A stretch of 64,000 nt of DNA, taken from the NCBI GenBank assembly GCA_000165425.1, contig CT868650.1, forward strand, positions 1 through 64,000. The letters are read 5' to 3'. The translations under genes and the position numbers were made by a program. Positions 12,770 to 27,050 of this stretch are shown in pieces. Every line of letters starts with the position of its first letter. The stretch's first letter is position 1. The notes beneath the pieces were generated by a model. The model had not been told where the DNA came from and searched no databases. It was given only the letters and a program-made list of their open reading frames with translations. The DNA is from Paramecium tetraurelia. Its lineage: Eukaryota.

Positions 12770-13180
12770 TCAGCTATGTTGAAGTATGGGATTAGATCAT
12801 AGGGTATAAAAGAGCAAATAAAAGTTTTAGAGCAGAGAAAGTCTCTAACATCTTAAAAATACACGATTGATAAGTGAAAACAATTCAGTGATAGCAATCT
12901 AAACTAGTTTTGTATGATGGCAGAAACCTCTTTTAATGATATGCAATATTTTGTTAATTGATGGGAATAGATTATTGTTTAAGAGATGGATTTCATTGGG
13001 AAAATGATTGGATTTTAAAGTGCAGATCCAGCAAAAGATCTTCTGAATAAATTTAAGATAACAGATCTATGTATATCCATAAGAACTAATAGAATAGTTT
13101 CAATATAATATTTATATATTGTATAAGCTTAATGATTAATGATTGAATGCAGTAATGTGAAACATCAGAAGGAGTATATA
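12770..13180 (+). pseudogene. ELMO/CED-12 domain (ELMOD-like) pseudogene
   Basis: LMGIDYCLRDGFHWE/MIGFQSADPAKDL matches the ELMO W..GFQ..DP..DxR motif; frameshift at ~13001-13005, following RGxGxLGL motif missing, TGA stops nearby; boundaries approximate. Confidence 0.6.
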
Positions 13181-13522
13181 TATAAATTTCGTTTGTTTAA
13201 TTAAGGAGCTAGTCAGACACACTCAAATCTTCACATATTTGAAGGCTCCAATATCCATAAAGAATATTAGGGCACAACAAATATGGATGGGCATCGCGAA
13301 TCGCATTCCATGAAATAGAATGGATTCATATTCCTAATTATAGATCAGAGTGCATGCTGAATCATTCTAGCTTGGTTGGTTGCCTACATTTGCTGAAGCA
13401 AAGTGTAAGTAACTACTATAGACATGATCCTGTACGAGTACAGTCTTAATATTAATACAAATAATTTCAAGCCTTAAATATAAATCGATATTTCATAATA
13501 ATATGGGTTTATATTAAAATTA

Positions 13523-14948
13523 ATGTCTGAAATTCAAGAAGTAGCAAATCAGATCAGAGGGAAGCTGAGATACAAAAATGTAATATTTATGTTTACTCAT
13601 TAGGAGCGTGATTTAATAATATAATCCTATATGTTGGGAATTTTGCAAGGTAGAAATAAATAGGCTTCATAAGATGTATTTCTATCAAATTTAGAAATCA
13701 TTATGAGCTTGAATATGCTAATAGACATAAAAGTATACAAACCTGAAAGGGTCTATAAGCTATACAATGATGCATTGAGAGGACCTTTCGATGTATTGAC
13801 TTATATTAAGGTTCAAGTTAAACGAATTATGTATTTAATTAGAAAGAGAAGTTTTTGAAAGTCAAAACTCTTAAGAGGATACTCAACTTACATAGATGTT
13901 CAAATCAAATAATTAAGCTTAGATATCTCAAATTTTCCCATAGCAATAAAATTTAAAATAATAAACCTAATCACTCTGGAATGAGGACTCATAGCCTTCT
14001 ATTTTATTCCCACTTAGAGGATAATTAGAATCATAAGGATTCAATCAAATATAAAATGCTTCAATCATATATTAATAGTTAAAAAAAGATACAGCTGATG
14101 AATCAAAAAGCTTTGAATTAGCATTGTAATTGCAAAAATAGTAAATTAATTTTTAATTAATAGATTTGAAGAAGAATAATAATAATTGGAACAGCTTAAA
14201 TTATAGTAAAATTATGAGGAAGAGTAATAAATATTAGAAGATGAAAGAAAAAATTAGATTGAATGCAAAATTTGCCTGGACAACATATAATTTACAGAGA
14301 TGGCCACTTTATATTGTTCACACATATTTCACTAGAAATGTTTAAATTAATATTGCACAACATAAATTTCATCTAGATAATTCCCCATTTTATGTCCATC
14401 TGGATGTAAAAAGAACATCATCTATTCAGATTTAACTGAAGTACTAGATGATCAATAATTAATGGAATTTCAATAATTAACTTTTAAGACCTATATTGAA
14501 AGCCACGGAGATGAAGTATATTATTATACTATTTTAGTACTCATGGTGTCCAACTCCAGACTGTTAATTTGTATTTGTTGCAGGAGACAATCCTAGATTG
14601 GATTGTCCTGTCTGTTAGAAATCATATTGTTTAGATTGTAAAATTGAATATCATAATGGATTTTCATGCTAGGAATTTAAAGAAAAAAGGCTATTGGAAT
14701 CTAAATTAAAAAATGAAAAATATCTTGATGAGAAATTCTTTAGTTTCATAAAAGGAGCCAAGTATAAATAATGTCCCAAATGTAAATTTTGGGTTGAAAA
14801 AAGTGAAGGATGCAATCATATGACATGTAGGTGTAAATTTGAATTTTGTTATGTTTGTGGAGGAATTTATTAGAAATGTGAGTGCGTCAAAAATGTCCAT
14901 GCAAATTGGCCAACACCTTTAAATAGATTTAGAAACAGGCATAGATGA
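13523..14948 (+). CDS. RBR (RING-IBR-RING2) E3 ubiquitin ligase
   Basis: RING1 [56 protein letters not shown]2 [29 protein letters not shown]; several short introns; 5' exon structure less certain. Confidence 0.9.
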
Positions 14949-15028
14949 AAATATATTAACATATAAATTTATCTATATATTTTCAAGACTATATTTGAAT
15001 ATTATTAATATTAAAAATCAAAGAAAAG

Positions 15029-15712
15029 ATGGCGGAAGATTAATAACCATTTTCATTTACTCCTGAGGGCGGAAGTGCTACAAATTCAACAAAGGATTAT
15101 TCTGGCAAAGGAATAGCTACGTATATATATTTTATTTTTGAAACAGTTATCCAAATGGTGATACATATGAAGGTTAATATGTAAATGGAATTAGAGAAGG
15201 AAAGGGGAAATACACTTACAATCCATCAGGAGATAAATATGAAGGGGAATTCTTACAGAATTTAAAACATGGAATTGGAAGATTGATTTATGCTAATAAT
15301 AAAGGAGAATATTATGGATAGTGGGAGTAGGGACTGAGACATGGAGAAGGATTATATACATATGCTAATAAAGATGTGTATTCTGGTTAATGGTCTAGAG
15401 GAAAGAAACACGGATAAGGTACTTATGTTTTTAATGACACTGCTATGAGAGTATTACTTAGTTATTATTGTTTAATAGTTTAGAGGTACTTGGAATAACA
15501 ATGAGATTGTTGATGGAGAATGGATTTATCCAAATGGAACAGTATACAGAGGTCCATTTTAACATAATAAGCCAAACGGAGTTGGCAGATTTGAATTTGC
15601 TAATAAAAACTAAGTGGAAGGGTATTATACATAGACTATTGTGCCAAATGCAAATCCAGATGACACTACCTTAAATATATAATTGGAATGGGTAACAACA
15701 AAACATTATTGA
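15029..15712 (+). CDS. RSPH1: MORN-repeat protein, radial spoke head 1-like
   Basis: Canonical MORN repeats (YPNGDTYEGQYVNGIREGKGKYTY, YSGQWSRGKKHGQGTYVF); two introns; orthology to RSPH1 inferred. Confidence 0.8.
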
Positions 15713-15723
15713 TTTATAAATAA

Positions 15724-15785
15724 TCAAATATTATGTTATTATCTAGGTTTGGCTTTCCTTTTTAAACTTGGAATTAAATCAATTC

Positions 15786-15853
<68 letters not shown>

Positions 15854-16845
15854 ATTTACTTCTTTTGATTCTATGTATTCTTCTCTTATTTTTTATTTAT
15901 ATCTGATCCTCTATTCTCTTTTTCTTGTTCATATTTATCATAATGATCATTCAATTTTAATTTCATATCCTCTAAATCCTGATTCTTTTTAAAAGATGGG
16001 CTTTCAGTTGTTCTTAATGTCTTCTTTTATTCCTTATTGAAAGTTCCGAATTCAAAATTACATTATTATTTATCAGGTGTATTCTTTAATTAATCAATCT
16101 TTATTGAGTTAAATTTTTTCAAAATATCTATCATCATCTTTATTAATTGCTATATTAGCAATTAGAAATTCTATTAAACTATATCTATTTCTATTGTTTT
16201 TATGGATCCACAATAATTAGAAAACAATGTACTCAATTTTTCGTGTCCATTGCAAACCTCAAATAATTCTTTATATTATTAAAGCATTTAATCCTAGCTT
16301 TATTCTAATAAACTAATACTTATTCCTATAATTAAATCCAATCTCTAATCTTCCGACATCTTCACTGCTGCTTGATGATGAACTTAAGTTGATTTTCTTT
16401 CTACTGCTTTTATTCTTAACGAATATTTTATCAATATTTACTTTTACAGATTGCACTCTATTTTGAATATTCTAAATATCCTGTTAAATCTAAGTTAATT
16501 ATTATCTAATAGTGAAATCTTCTAAATTCTTTCTTTTGTGAATATGCTACCTATAAATTCATTTATAATAAATTTACATCTGCATTTAAAATAAACCATT
16601 CTGAAATTCTAAATTTTGCATCTTCGTAAATAATTCCTTCTCATTATTACTTGATCTTCCCGTATCATTATCTTCTGTTACAAACTGTTTAATTACTGCC
16701 ACTTTAGCCTATTAAAAATATTTGAATCTTAAATTACTCTTGATGTGCTTAAATTTCCGAATTCTGTTTTTATTTGACGGTCTTCTTGTTTAAGTTAGGT
16801 ATTTGAATAAGAAACATCTTTTAGTCTCAACTGATGAAACTTCAT
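15724..16845 (-). CDS. Hypothetical coiled-coil protein with poly-Asn tract
   Basis: MKFHQLRLKD... with two GT..AG introns; ends ..IV(N)~19KQRIDLIPSLKRKAKPRQQHNI*. Confidence 0.7.
15791..15850. repeat. (TTA/AAT)n microsatellite, coding poly-Asn on the minus strand
   Basis: About 19-20 perfect trinucleotide units read as AAT in frame. Confidence 0.9.
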
Positions 16846-16879
16846 TTATTAAATTTGAAAATAAAACAATAAAATTTTA

Positions 16880-18195
16880 ATGCCACCGAAGAAGGATAAT
16901 AAAAAGGAAGTAAAAATACATCTATTTCACATTTAGTTAGTCTTATCTGAAGATGATGGTACTGGTATCTTAAAAAATATTGTACAATTCAAAATACAAT
17001 TTCAAGTGGTTACATAAAATATCTAGAACATTGTCATCATGTTTGAATGGTTAAATGCTAATTCAACAGAAAGATATGACACCGGTCTTATTGATTAATG
17101 GAATGTGGTTTCAAGTGAACCATAATAGAATCTTGATGATCCACCAATTGTTACTTATTCTTTTGAGAAAGTTTTTGATTAATTAAGATTTATTGATTCA
17201 TTAGCAGAAGTATTATCGAAAAAAAAATTATATATGTACTTTGTAAATGCAGATGATATGAAAGTTATGCAAGAATTTTGGTTTGATTACAGTTTAATGC
17301 TTAACACTCCTAATGTATATAATTAAATTAGATTTAGTTCGAATTTGCCTTCTCCAAAATGAGAATCATGGAAATCTTAGATTTTAAATTCAATATTTAA
17401 AGTGATAAGCCCTTGTTGCATGAACAATTAAGAGCCAAACTTAATCCATTTTAGGTGGAAATAGTATCATGTGAAAATATACCTGTTCAAGCTTAAAAAT
17501 CATATGAATTATGCTATGTTTAATATGAGTTTTATGATGGAACAGTTATAAAAACTGATATGTAAGTTTAAATGCAAAACATGTACTTTAATTCTAAACA
17601 TGTTTTTTTATTGGGAACAATGGATATTGCAAAGCATTTTGAGACAAGGCCCATCAAATTTGAATTACATGACAAAGATGAAATAGTTAGGAATGATGTT
17701 AAAGAAGAATTATAATTATTTGATATTGAAAAATGGTTATAAATTGAGGAAGAGAAAAATAGACCCCCTGAACCTGATTTTACTGTGGATCCAAAGACAG
17801 GCAAAAAGATACCTAAAAAGGAAGTAAAAAAGGATGATAAAAAGGAAGTTAAGAAGGAAGTGAAGAAAGATGCAAAAAAAGATAATAAAAAAAAGGAAGT
17901 AAAATTAGGAGAACCAATTTTAGAAGAATAACCAAAAAAATAATATAATAGAAATAATCATGGTGTAGCAATAATGAATTTAGGTGCGTTTATTCATTCC
18001 AATGTTAGAGAAGTGGATTTACTAGCTGGAATAGTTCCAAGAAGAGTTTTTGAAGATACTGAGTCTAATAATTTAGATTTGAACACAACTGCTAGAAAAA
18101 ATATTCCAAAAGTATTTACAGCCACTAATTATTTGGACTTGTAGGCTACGATGTTTGTTAAATTTGAAATGTCAAATGCATTAATTAGAAAATGA
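16880..18195 (+). CDS. CFAP92/KIAA1257-like ciliary protein (short form)
   Basis: MPPKKD.. start; SDKPLLHEQLRAKLNPFQVEIVSCENIP, YVQYEFYDG, HVFLLG, IKFELHDKD motifs; KKE/D-rich insert; two introns. Confidence 0.65.
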
Positions 18196-18228
18196 TATAT
18201 AATAAATATTATTATTAATTATTAATTA

Positions 18229-20178
<1,950 letters not shown>

Positions 20179-20248
20179 TTTAAATTTTACTTTTTTTTTG
20201 AATTTAATTTGTTATTTTTAGTTCGTTATCACTACTACATTAATATAT

Positions 20249-20509
20249 ATGTAATCCAATCCGAAAATTACTCCAAATAATCCATTTTACACAGGCACTT
20301 ATCCATAGACCATCCTAGTTAAGGATAAGTAATAACCTTCCAAAACCCGCTATGACAGGTAATCACAACCCATCATAAGAGGCAAGGGCAGACATACAGT
20401 TACTTTTAAACCTGATATTCACAAAATCTACACTGTTGAGAATTGGAAAATATATAATATTGAAAACGATAACCAACCAAATGAAAACAAATGTTGCGCA
20501 ATACTCTGA
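20249..20509 (+). CDS. 86-aa microprotein with RVxF-like motif and C-terminal CaaX (CCAIL)
   Basis: Intronless frame MQSNPK...TRYDRQSQPIIRGKGRHTVTFKPDIHKIYTVENWKIYN...KCCAIL*. Confidence 0.8.
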
Positions 20510-20539
20510 CTATAATTTATTAATATATATATATAGTAA

Positions 20540-21370
20540 TATTTCTCATCTTAACTTTGATTTCAATTAACCTTAATGTTTCAAATTCTCTTTCTAATCT
20601 TGCTCCAAACCATTCATCTTTATCCCTATATTATTTCCTTAACAGGTTACTCTTGCTCAAAAACTTATTCATTCCTATATTATTTAATTCTGCATTCTCT
20701 ACTAATTTCTGTAACTGTTTATTTTGATTAAGGAAATTTCTATAATTATCTGTTTATCCATACATCACTTATCTAACCCTCATTCAACTATTTTATTCTC
20801 TTTATCTTTCCTTCATTTTTTTACAATGAATCCAATAATTCTAATTAATTCAAATTCTTTCCATTTATACTCGTCAAATGTACCATTAAACTCATATTCG
20901 CTCTCTATTTTATTATATCGCTCAAACTACCTGTTTCCACTAGAGAATATTATGTTTTAATACCTATTCTGAGATATCCTTACCAAAAAATTACTTACAT
21001 TCTTGATGCTAATTTTCTCATCCTTAGATTATCCAAATTCAAATAATGAGATCTTTTTTTTATACCCTAGTCAATTTTATTCTTTTACAACTAAGTAGCA
21101 TGACAGAAATCTTTCATTTTCATTCACGAATTTTTTTGATCCTCCAAAAATATCAATTATCATTTTTATTTTATTCCCTATGCTAGTACCATGTATTCGA
21201 GCTAATTAATTCATTGTGTATATTAATTGATTAGTATTTTATTGATGCATATATCCAAAATAATTTCTCTCTATTTAATGTTTACAATTTCCTTTGCTTT
21301 TAATTGATAACTTTGCATCTCTTTCATAATCAGTTTATGTTCTGATTCATAAAGTTGTTATTCATAATAA
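20540..21370 (-). pseudogene. Decayed coding remnant (coiled-coil-like)
   Basis: Coding-like E/K/Q-rich stretches (YEQQLYESEHKLIMKEMQSYQLKAKEI..) and an intron-like GTAAG..AG, broken by frameshifts and TGA; boundaries approximate. Confidence 0.3.
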
Positions 21371-21565
21371 TATAAATGCTTACGATTTGAAAATGATCTT
21401 AAGATTAAAAAAAATCAAATTGCATTATTAAATTATAAAAAATAAATCTAGTTAATTTTCTCTTTTACCAATAGAGATATATTGTCAGAATAAATATCTA
21501 AGAGAGGTTTTCAAAGAATTAAATATATTAATGAAGGAAATGTTATTTAATTTAATGTGAAATAA

Positions 21566-22043
21566 TCATTACAAAGTTAGCTTAGGTTCATTCATTTCTC
21601 TTTGACTAAAATAAAGATAATAAAGAGAATTACGTCCACTTATTGCCGCAAATAGGATTTTTATTGGCACAAATATATTGAATAATAATTTCCTTCTCAT
21701 TCTTATCTGTTTTGAGGAAATAGATGGCTTCATCATAATTGCATCTGAATAATTAGCATATTTACTTGTTACAAATTACTCTCTTTCTCGGCATAGATGG
21801 ATCAAGGATAAGTGTATTATCAGTAATATCAATAGCTTTGGCTGCTTGATAATCCTTTTTGAGCAAGAGCGCATCTTTATTTAATGTCTTATCTATTTTG
21901 ACTTCAATGATTCCATTATCTCCACAGTCTTGATTTCTGCATTTGAATTGTAAGATTTCAGTGTTATCTCCATCATGATATGGCTTGAGGAGATTCTTGC
22001 ATCTAGGACAAAATCTCCACCCATTGTAATTTTTCACTTCCAT
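21566..22043 (-). CDS. RPB9: RNA polymerase II subunit RPB9
   Basis: FCPRCKNLLKP..CRNQDC zinc ribbon, DPSMPR, CxxC..EAIYF..YIC....CGNKW second ribbon; lacks the TFIIS-type acidic hairpin of RPA12/RPC11; two introns. Confidence 0.85.
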
Positions 22044-22062
22044 AATTTAGTTAAAATAATTA

Positions 22063-23575
22063 ATGGATTTATTATAAGACCCTAAAGGGGATAGGCAAGT
22101 AAATACAATACCAACTCCACCACATAGACCGTTATGTGAAGAGTTACTGTTTATAGATGAGAAACCAAATTGGAAGTTATTGAGAGAACATCTTTTTAAA
22201 GAGGGAAGAATATCAAAAGGTTAAATTATGAGAATAGTAGAGATGTGCAATTATCATTTGAAAAATGAAGGTAATGTTATTTATGTGGATGATCCTCTTA
22301 CTCTAGTGGGAGATATTCATGGACAATATTACGATTTAATGAAAGTTCTTGAGATGGGAGGGGATCCTGAATAAGGCAAATATGTATGAGTATTTGTGTA
22401 TTTACATGTTTTTTTAGGTGATTATGTAGACAGAGGGTCATTTTCAATAGAAGTAGTGGTGTTATTATATGCAATGAAGATCTATTACCCTACAAGAGTG
22501 TTTCTCCTTAGAGGAAATCATGAATGCAAATAACTAACAAGTTACTTCAATTTTAGAGATGAATGTCTATATAAATATGACCAAGAAGTCTATGAAGTTA
22601 TCATGGCATCATTTGAAAACATGCCCTTGGTGGCTTTAATAAACAATAAATTCTTATGTTTACATGGAGGTATATCTCCAGATCTAAAATCTGTACATAA
22701 ATGGAATAATATTTAAATAGTTAGCTGATGTTGAAAGAATAGATAGATTCAGAGAACCACCAAAGGCAGGATTGTTTTGTGATATATTATGGGCTGATCC
22801 TGTTGAAAATGATGAACTTTATGATGAAATCCATTATAGAGGCAACGATACAAGAGGTTGCAGTTGGTTTTTCGGAGAAAAGGCTGTCTAACCATTCTTA
22901 GACAATAATAAGTTCATTTGTTTGATAAGAGCTCATGAAGCTTAATTAGAAGGTTATAGATTGTACAAATACAATGAAAAAGTAAAAGAATTTCCTCAAG
23001 TATTAACAATATTTAGTGCTCCTAATTATTGTGATGTCTATAATAATAAAGCAGCAATTTTAAAATTTGAGAATTGTACACTTAACATATCTCAATTCGG
23101 TTACTCTTAGCATCCCTATTTGTTACCTCACTTTTTAGATATTTTTTCATGGTCAATACCATTTGTTACTGAAAAAGTAACTGAGATGCTTAATTATGTA
23201 TTATAACCAAGACCTGATGAGAAGATTGAAGATTCGGATGATGAAATACCAAATGCTTAAAAAATTATCAAATAATAAACTTTGGGATAACCAGCATCGA
23301 ACAGTCGTCCCTTAGGCAAATTACAACAAATTACTTAAAAATAAATTGATATAACCAAATCTAAAATCTCATTTGTTTCCAAAATGATGAAAATGCAAAC
23401 AGTACTCAGGTAAGAAAGAGAAAATATCATAAAACTAAAAGGATTATGTCCTGATAAACGTATTCCAAGAGGAGTCTTATTATAAGGAGCAGAAGGAATC
23501 AAAGATGCACTAGAACATTTCAATACAACCAGAGCTGCAGATAGAATCAATGAAAAATGGCCAGAAACTAAATGA
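22063..23575 (+). CDS. CNA: Calcineurin A (PP2B catalytic subunit); first intron has a non-canonical 3' end
   Basis: [58 protein letters not shown]-binding helix; calmodulin-binding and autoinhibitory (DRINEKWP) regions. Confidence 0.95.
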
Positions 23576-23597
23576 TTTATCTACATTATATTTAATA

Positions 23598-25062
23598 ATG
23601 AACGAAAAAACTGTTGATAAATATAAACTCTTAACGACAGATCTTCTTGGAGCAGGATCATTTGCAAAAGTATATAAGGGAATTGATACTACCAATAATA
23701 GATAAGTCGCCATAAAAATGCTTCCCAAATAAAATATTCTCAATGATAAATATCTAATGGAAGGCTTAAGAAGAGAATTATCAGTTATGCAAAAACTGAA
23801 GGGAAATAATGTAGTTCGTTTATTAGACACTCTTGAATCTTCAAATAATTATTACATCGTACAAGAATTCTGCAAAGATGGAGATCTTGGAACTTATCTC
23901 AGAAAATAGCAATATTTAACTGAAGTAGGGGCAATAAGAATATTAACTGATATCCTAAATGGCTTCATTGAATTATTATAACAAGGAATTATACATAGGG
24001 ATTTGAAACCAGCTAATATACTCGTCCACTAAAACACTTTTAAATTAGGAGGTAATTTTAATTATAAATTAGATTTCGGATTTGCTAAATGCATATCTAA
24101 TTTTTAAAGAGATGTAATGGAATCTGTGGTTGGCACTCCCCTATATATGGCACCATAGATCTTAATGAGAGAAACATATACTAGTAAATGTGATATTTGG
24201 TCAATTGGATGCATTTTTTATGAATGCATATTCAGAAGAACTCCATGGATTGCTAACTCTGTACCATAATTACTGAATTCTATTTTAAAATACCCAGTTT
24301 CGTTCCCCTCATATATTTCTGCTGAGGCTAAAGATTTTATATTGAAATGTCTCGAAGTAGAAGAAGACAAGCGTATAGGTTGGAATGATTTGTATAGACA
24401 TCCGCTAATTTATTAAAAGTTTAAGGATCATGTTGATAAAGTGATTAATATGGAAGCCTAGGCAGAGTTCATCATTAATGAGCTAAGATAAATGATAGTT
24501 GTTAAATAAATAGATTTATTGGAAACATTTAAAAAGTTGTAAGTTTAGGATAATTAATTTCTAACTTTTAAGGAATTACAACTGTTATTAAATGAAATAG
24601 ATCCCAAACTCACTAGATAATAAATTGAATTTGTTTTTAATATGATTGATGTTGACATGACTAATTAAATTAATTTTTTAGAGTTTTAGAGATGTCTCTA
24701 ACAACATAGAGTTAGATTAAGCTTATAAGAAATTAAACCAGATATCGTTTATGAAAACAGCCCATTAATTTAAATGCCTAAATGGAAAATTGAATTAAAG
24801 AAAATAAAAGATAAAATAGAAGAAGAGGAAAAAAGTTTAGTTAAATTATTTAAATAATTTGATACTGATGTCAATTAAGTACTCGATCTAGTTGAGTTTG
24901 TCAAATTTCTCAGGTAAACACTCTTGAATATATCTTTCTAGATATTTTAATTCTAAAATCAGTAATGAAGATGCAAGTTTGATATTTCAACATTTTGATA
25001 AAAACTGTAATGGAGGTATTGATTTTTTAGAATTTAAGTCAACTTTCGAATCTTAACTATGA
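23598..25062 (+). CDS. Ser/Thr kinase (ULK-like ciliate type) with C-terminal EF-hands
   Basis: GAGSFAKVYKG, VAIK, HRDLKPAN, DFG (split by an intron), GTPLYMAPQ; EF loops DVDMTNQINFLEF, DTDVNQVLDLVEF, DKNCNGGIDFLEF. Confidence 0.9.
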
Positions 25063-25520
25063 TATATATTAAAATTAAATATTTAAGCATAATATAAATA
25101 ATAATTTTTATCAATTTAATTGCTATTCATATTAATTTGTTCTTTTGAGATGTAACTCAACATTATTGAATTTATAATCTTGTTTTACAAATTGTTTATT
25201 TATTAATTATTAGCGATAAGAAATATTTTTCTTACTCTTAAATTATGCCAATTCATAGTAATTTATCTCATCATACTTTATTCTTTTGTAATAAGAAATA
25301 GGTTCTTATTTTGTTGCATATTTATTAAGTTTAATATATATAAGATATTTTATAATCTTTCATGTGTAATTTAATAATGATTTTTCAAAATTTATCAATT
25401 AACACTTGTATATGTTTTTTGATAAATAGCAACAACTACAACTATAATAAATGAATTCCAATTAAAATAATAATAAGATGATGTATCTATAATTGAATAT
25501 TTAATTATGCCAAAATTTAA

Positions 25521-25815
25521 TCATGCTTGTTTTTTTGCTTCCTTTGCTATTTTCTTTTATTCTTCTTTGGTTTTCAATAACTTAAATGATTCTTAGTTAA
25601 GTCTTGCCTTTGCCATCATTTATTCTTCAATATTTTTATTTATGGTTTTTGTGATTTTGGTATTCTCCTCAGTTACCATTTTATTATATAATGTCTAAGG
25701 TTTATTCTTTTTGATTTTATGCTCTAATTTAAATGAAATCAATACTTGGTTTGTCAGTCTTGTTTGAATTTTTGTTTTGTTATTTACTTTTTTTTTTAAG
25801 GAGTTTTTAAGCCAT
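25521..25815 (-). CDS. Small basic UPF0390/DUF2462 (C19orf53-like) protein
   Basis: MAQKLLKKK...KITKTINKNIEEQMMAKARLNQESFKLLK...; one 22-nt intron. Confidence 0.65.
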
Positions 25816-25846
25816 AATCAAATTCGTTTTTTTAATTAATAAATAA

Positions 25847-27050
25847 ATGAAAATCTTGGTGCTTTGTTTAATAGCATTAGCTATAGCGGACAAATTCGAT
25901 CAATTCAGAGCATTTGATGAGGATGAATTTGGTAGAACATTGATTGATACATTATAAATGCAAATGAGTACAGGTGAACCAATTGCTCGTTTTATCGAAA
26001 TTATGAGAAATCTTGAAACCTCAATTGAGAATGAATAAAAAGAAGATGATAAAACCAATAATGAATATTAAAATTAATGCACAGAGGACATCAAAATTTT
26101 ATAATAAGAAAGTGCTAATCTGGAGAGAAGAACAGTTGAAATTCAATCAATTTTAGATGAATTAGAACCATTAAGATCATACAAATAAGGATAAGCTGAT
26201 GCTAAGAATGCATGGAAAGTAGAAACAGAAAAGAAATTAGCTGATTTAGTAAAGAAGAGAGAGACTGAAAAGGCTGAATTCGATAAAAAAGTTGAAGAAC
26301 ATGATTATGCAACATTTGTTATTGAAACAGTTAGAAGAATGTTTTCTGATAAAAGTTAAAGTTTCTTATAATTGAATAATGAATCATAATGGTAAAAAGT
26401 CAGAGATTACTTCATTAATGCATCTGAATAAGCAAGTATATATGTTTAAAAATAAAATTAGAGAAATTTGAAATCAAGAAAAGTTATTCTAAAATGTTTA
26501 ATGTGTTAGCTGAAATTGCAAGTGCTGCTTAATCTGAAGATTTCTAAAATTCACCTACAGTAAACAGAATTGTCAATCTTTGCGATCTTATGTTAAAACA
26601 AATAGAAGATAGCAAGGCTTTGGAAACAAAGGCTGAACAAAAAAGATTGAATATGTTTGTGTTGGAAAAGGGTAATTTTGACAAAGATTTAACCGGCTTA
26701 AATAATGCTCTTGCTTAATTAACTGCTGCCATCTTAGGATTAGATAATAGAATCTAAGATTAAAAGAGAGATTTGGCAGATTATAATGCTAGATTGGCTG
26801 CCAAAAATAAATAAAGTGAAGATAGAGGAGGAGAATGTAGAGAAAAAGCCTATAATTATTAATTAACTAGAGAAAAGAGGTTATATTATTCATATGTTTT
26901 AGAGAATAAAAAAGATAATTAGTCTCATAAATCATTGGTGCATTCTCTGCTAATCAAAGAGACTTTGCAGAATATGTTAAATTAAGAGGATAAGCTGGAG
27001 ATTTCAGAGGAAAAAACTTCCAAATTTTAGGCAATCCAACAGAAGATTGA
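25847..27050 (+). CDS. Trichocyst matrix protein (TMP) family precursor
   Basis: Signal peptide MKILVLLLIALAIAD; FGRTLIDTLQMQMSTGEPIARFIEIMRNL..C motif; two coiled-coil halves around an SFLQL processing region; two introns. Confidence 0.9.

Noticed and set aside
15791..15850. (TAA)n as poly-Gln or as a stop-codon array
   Set aside because: Frame tracing shows it is read as AAT (poly-Asn); an ordinary coding microsatellite
22381..22410. Retained IES explaining the calcineurin interruption
   Set aside because: The TA-to-TA excision I tried does not restore YVFLGD, whereas a 24-nt intron does
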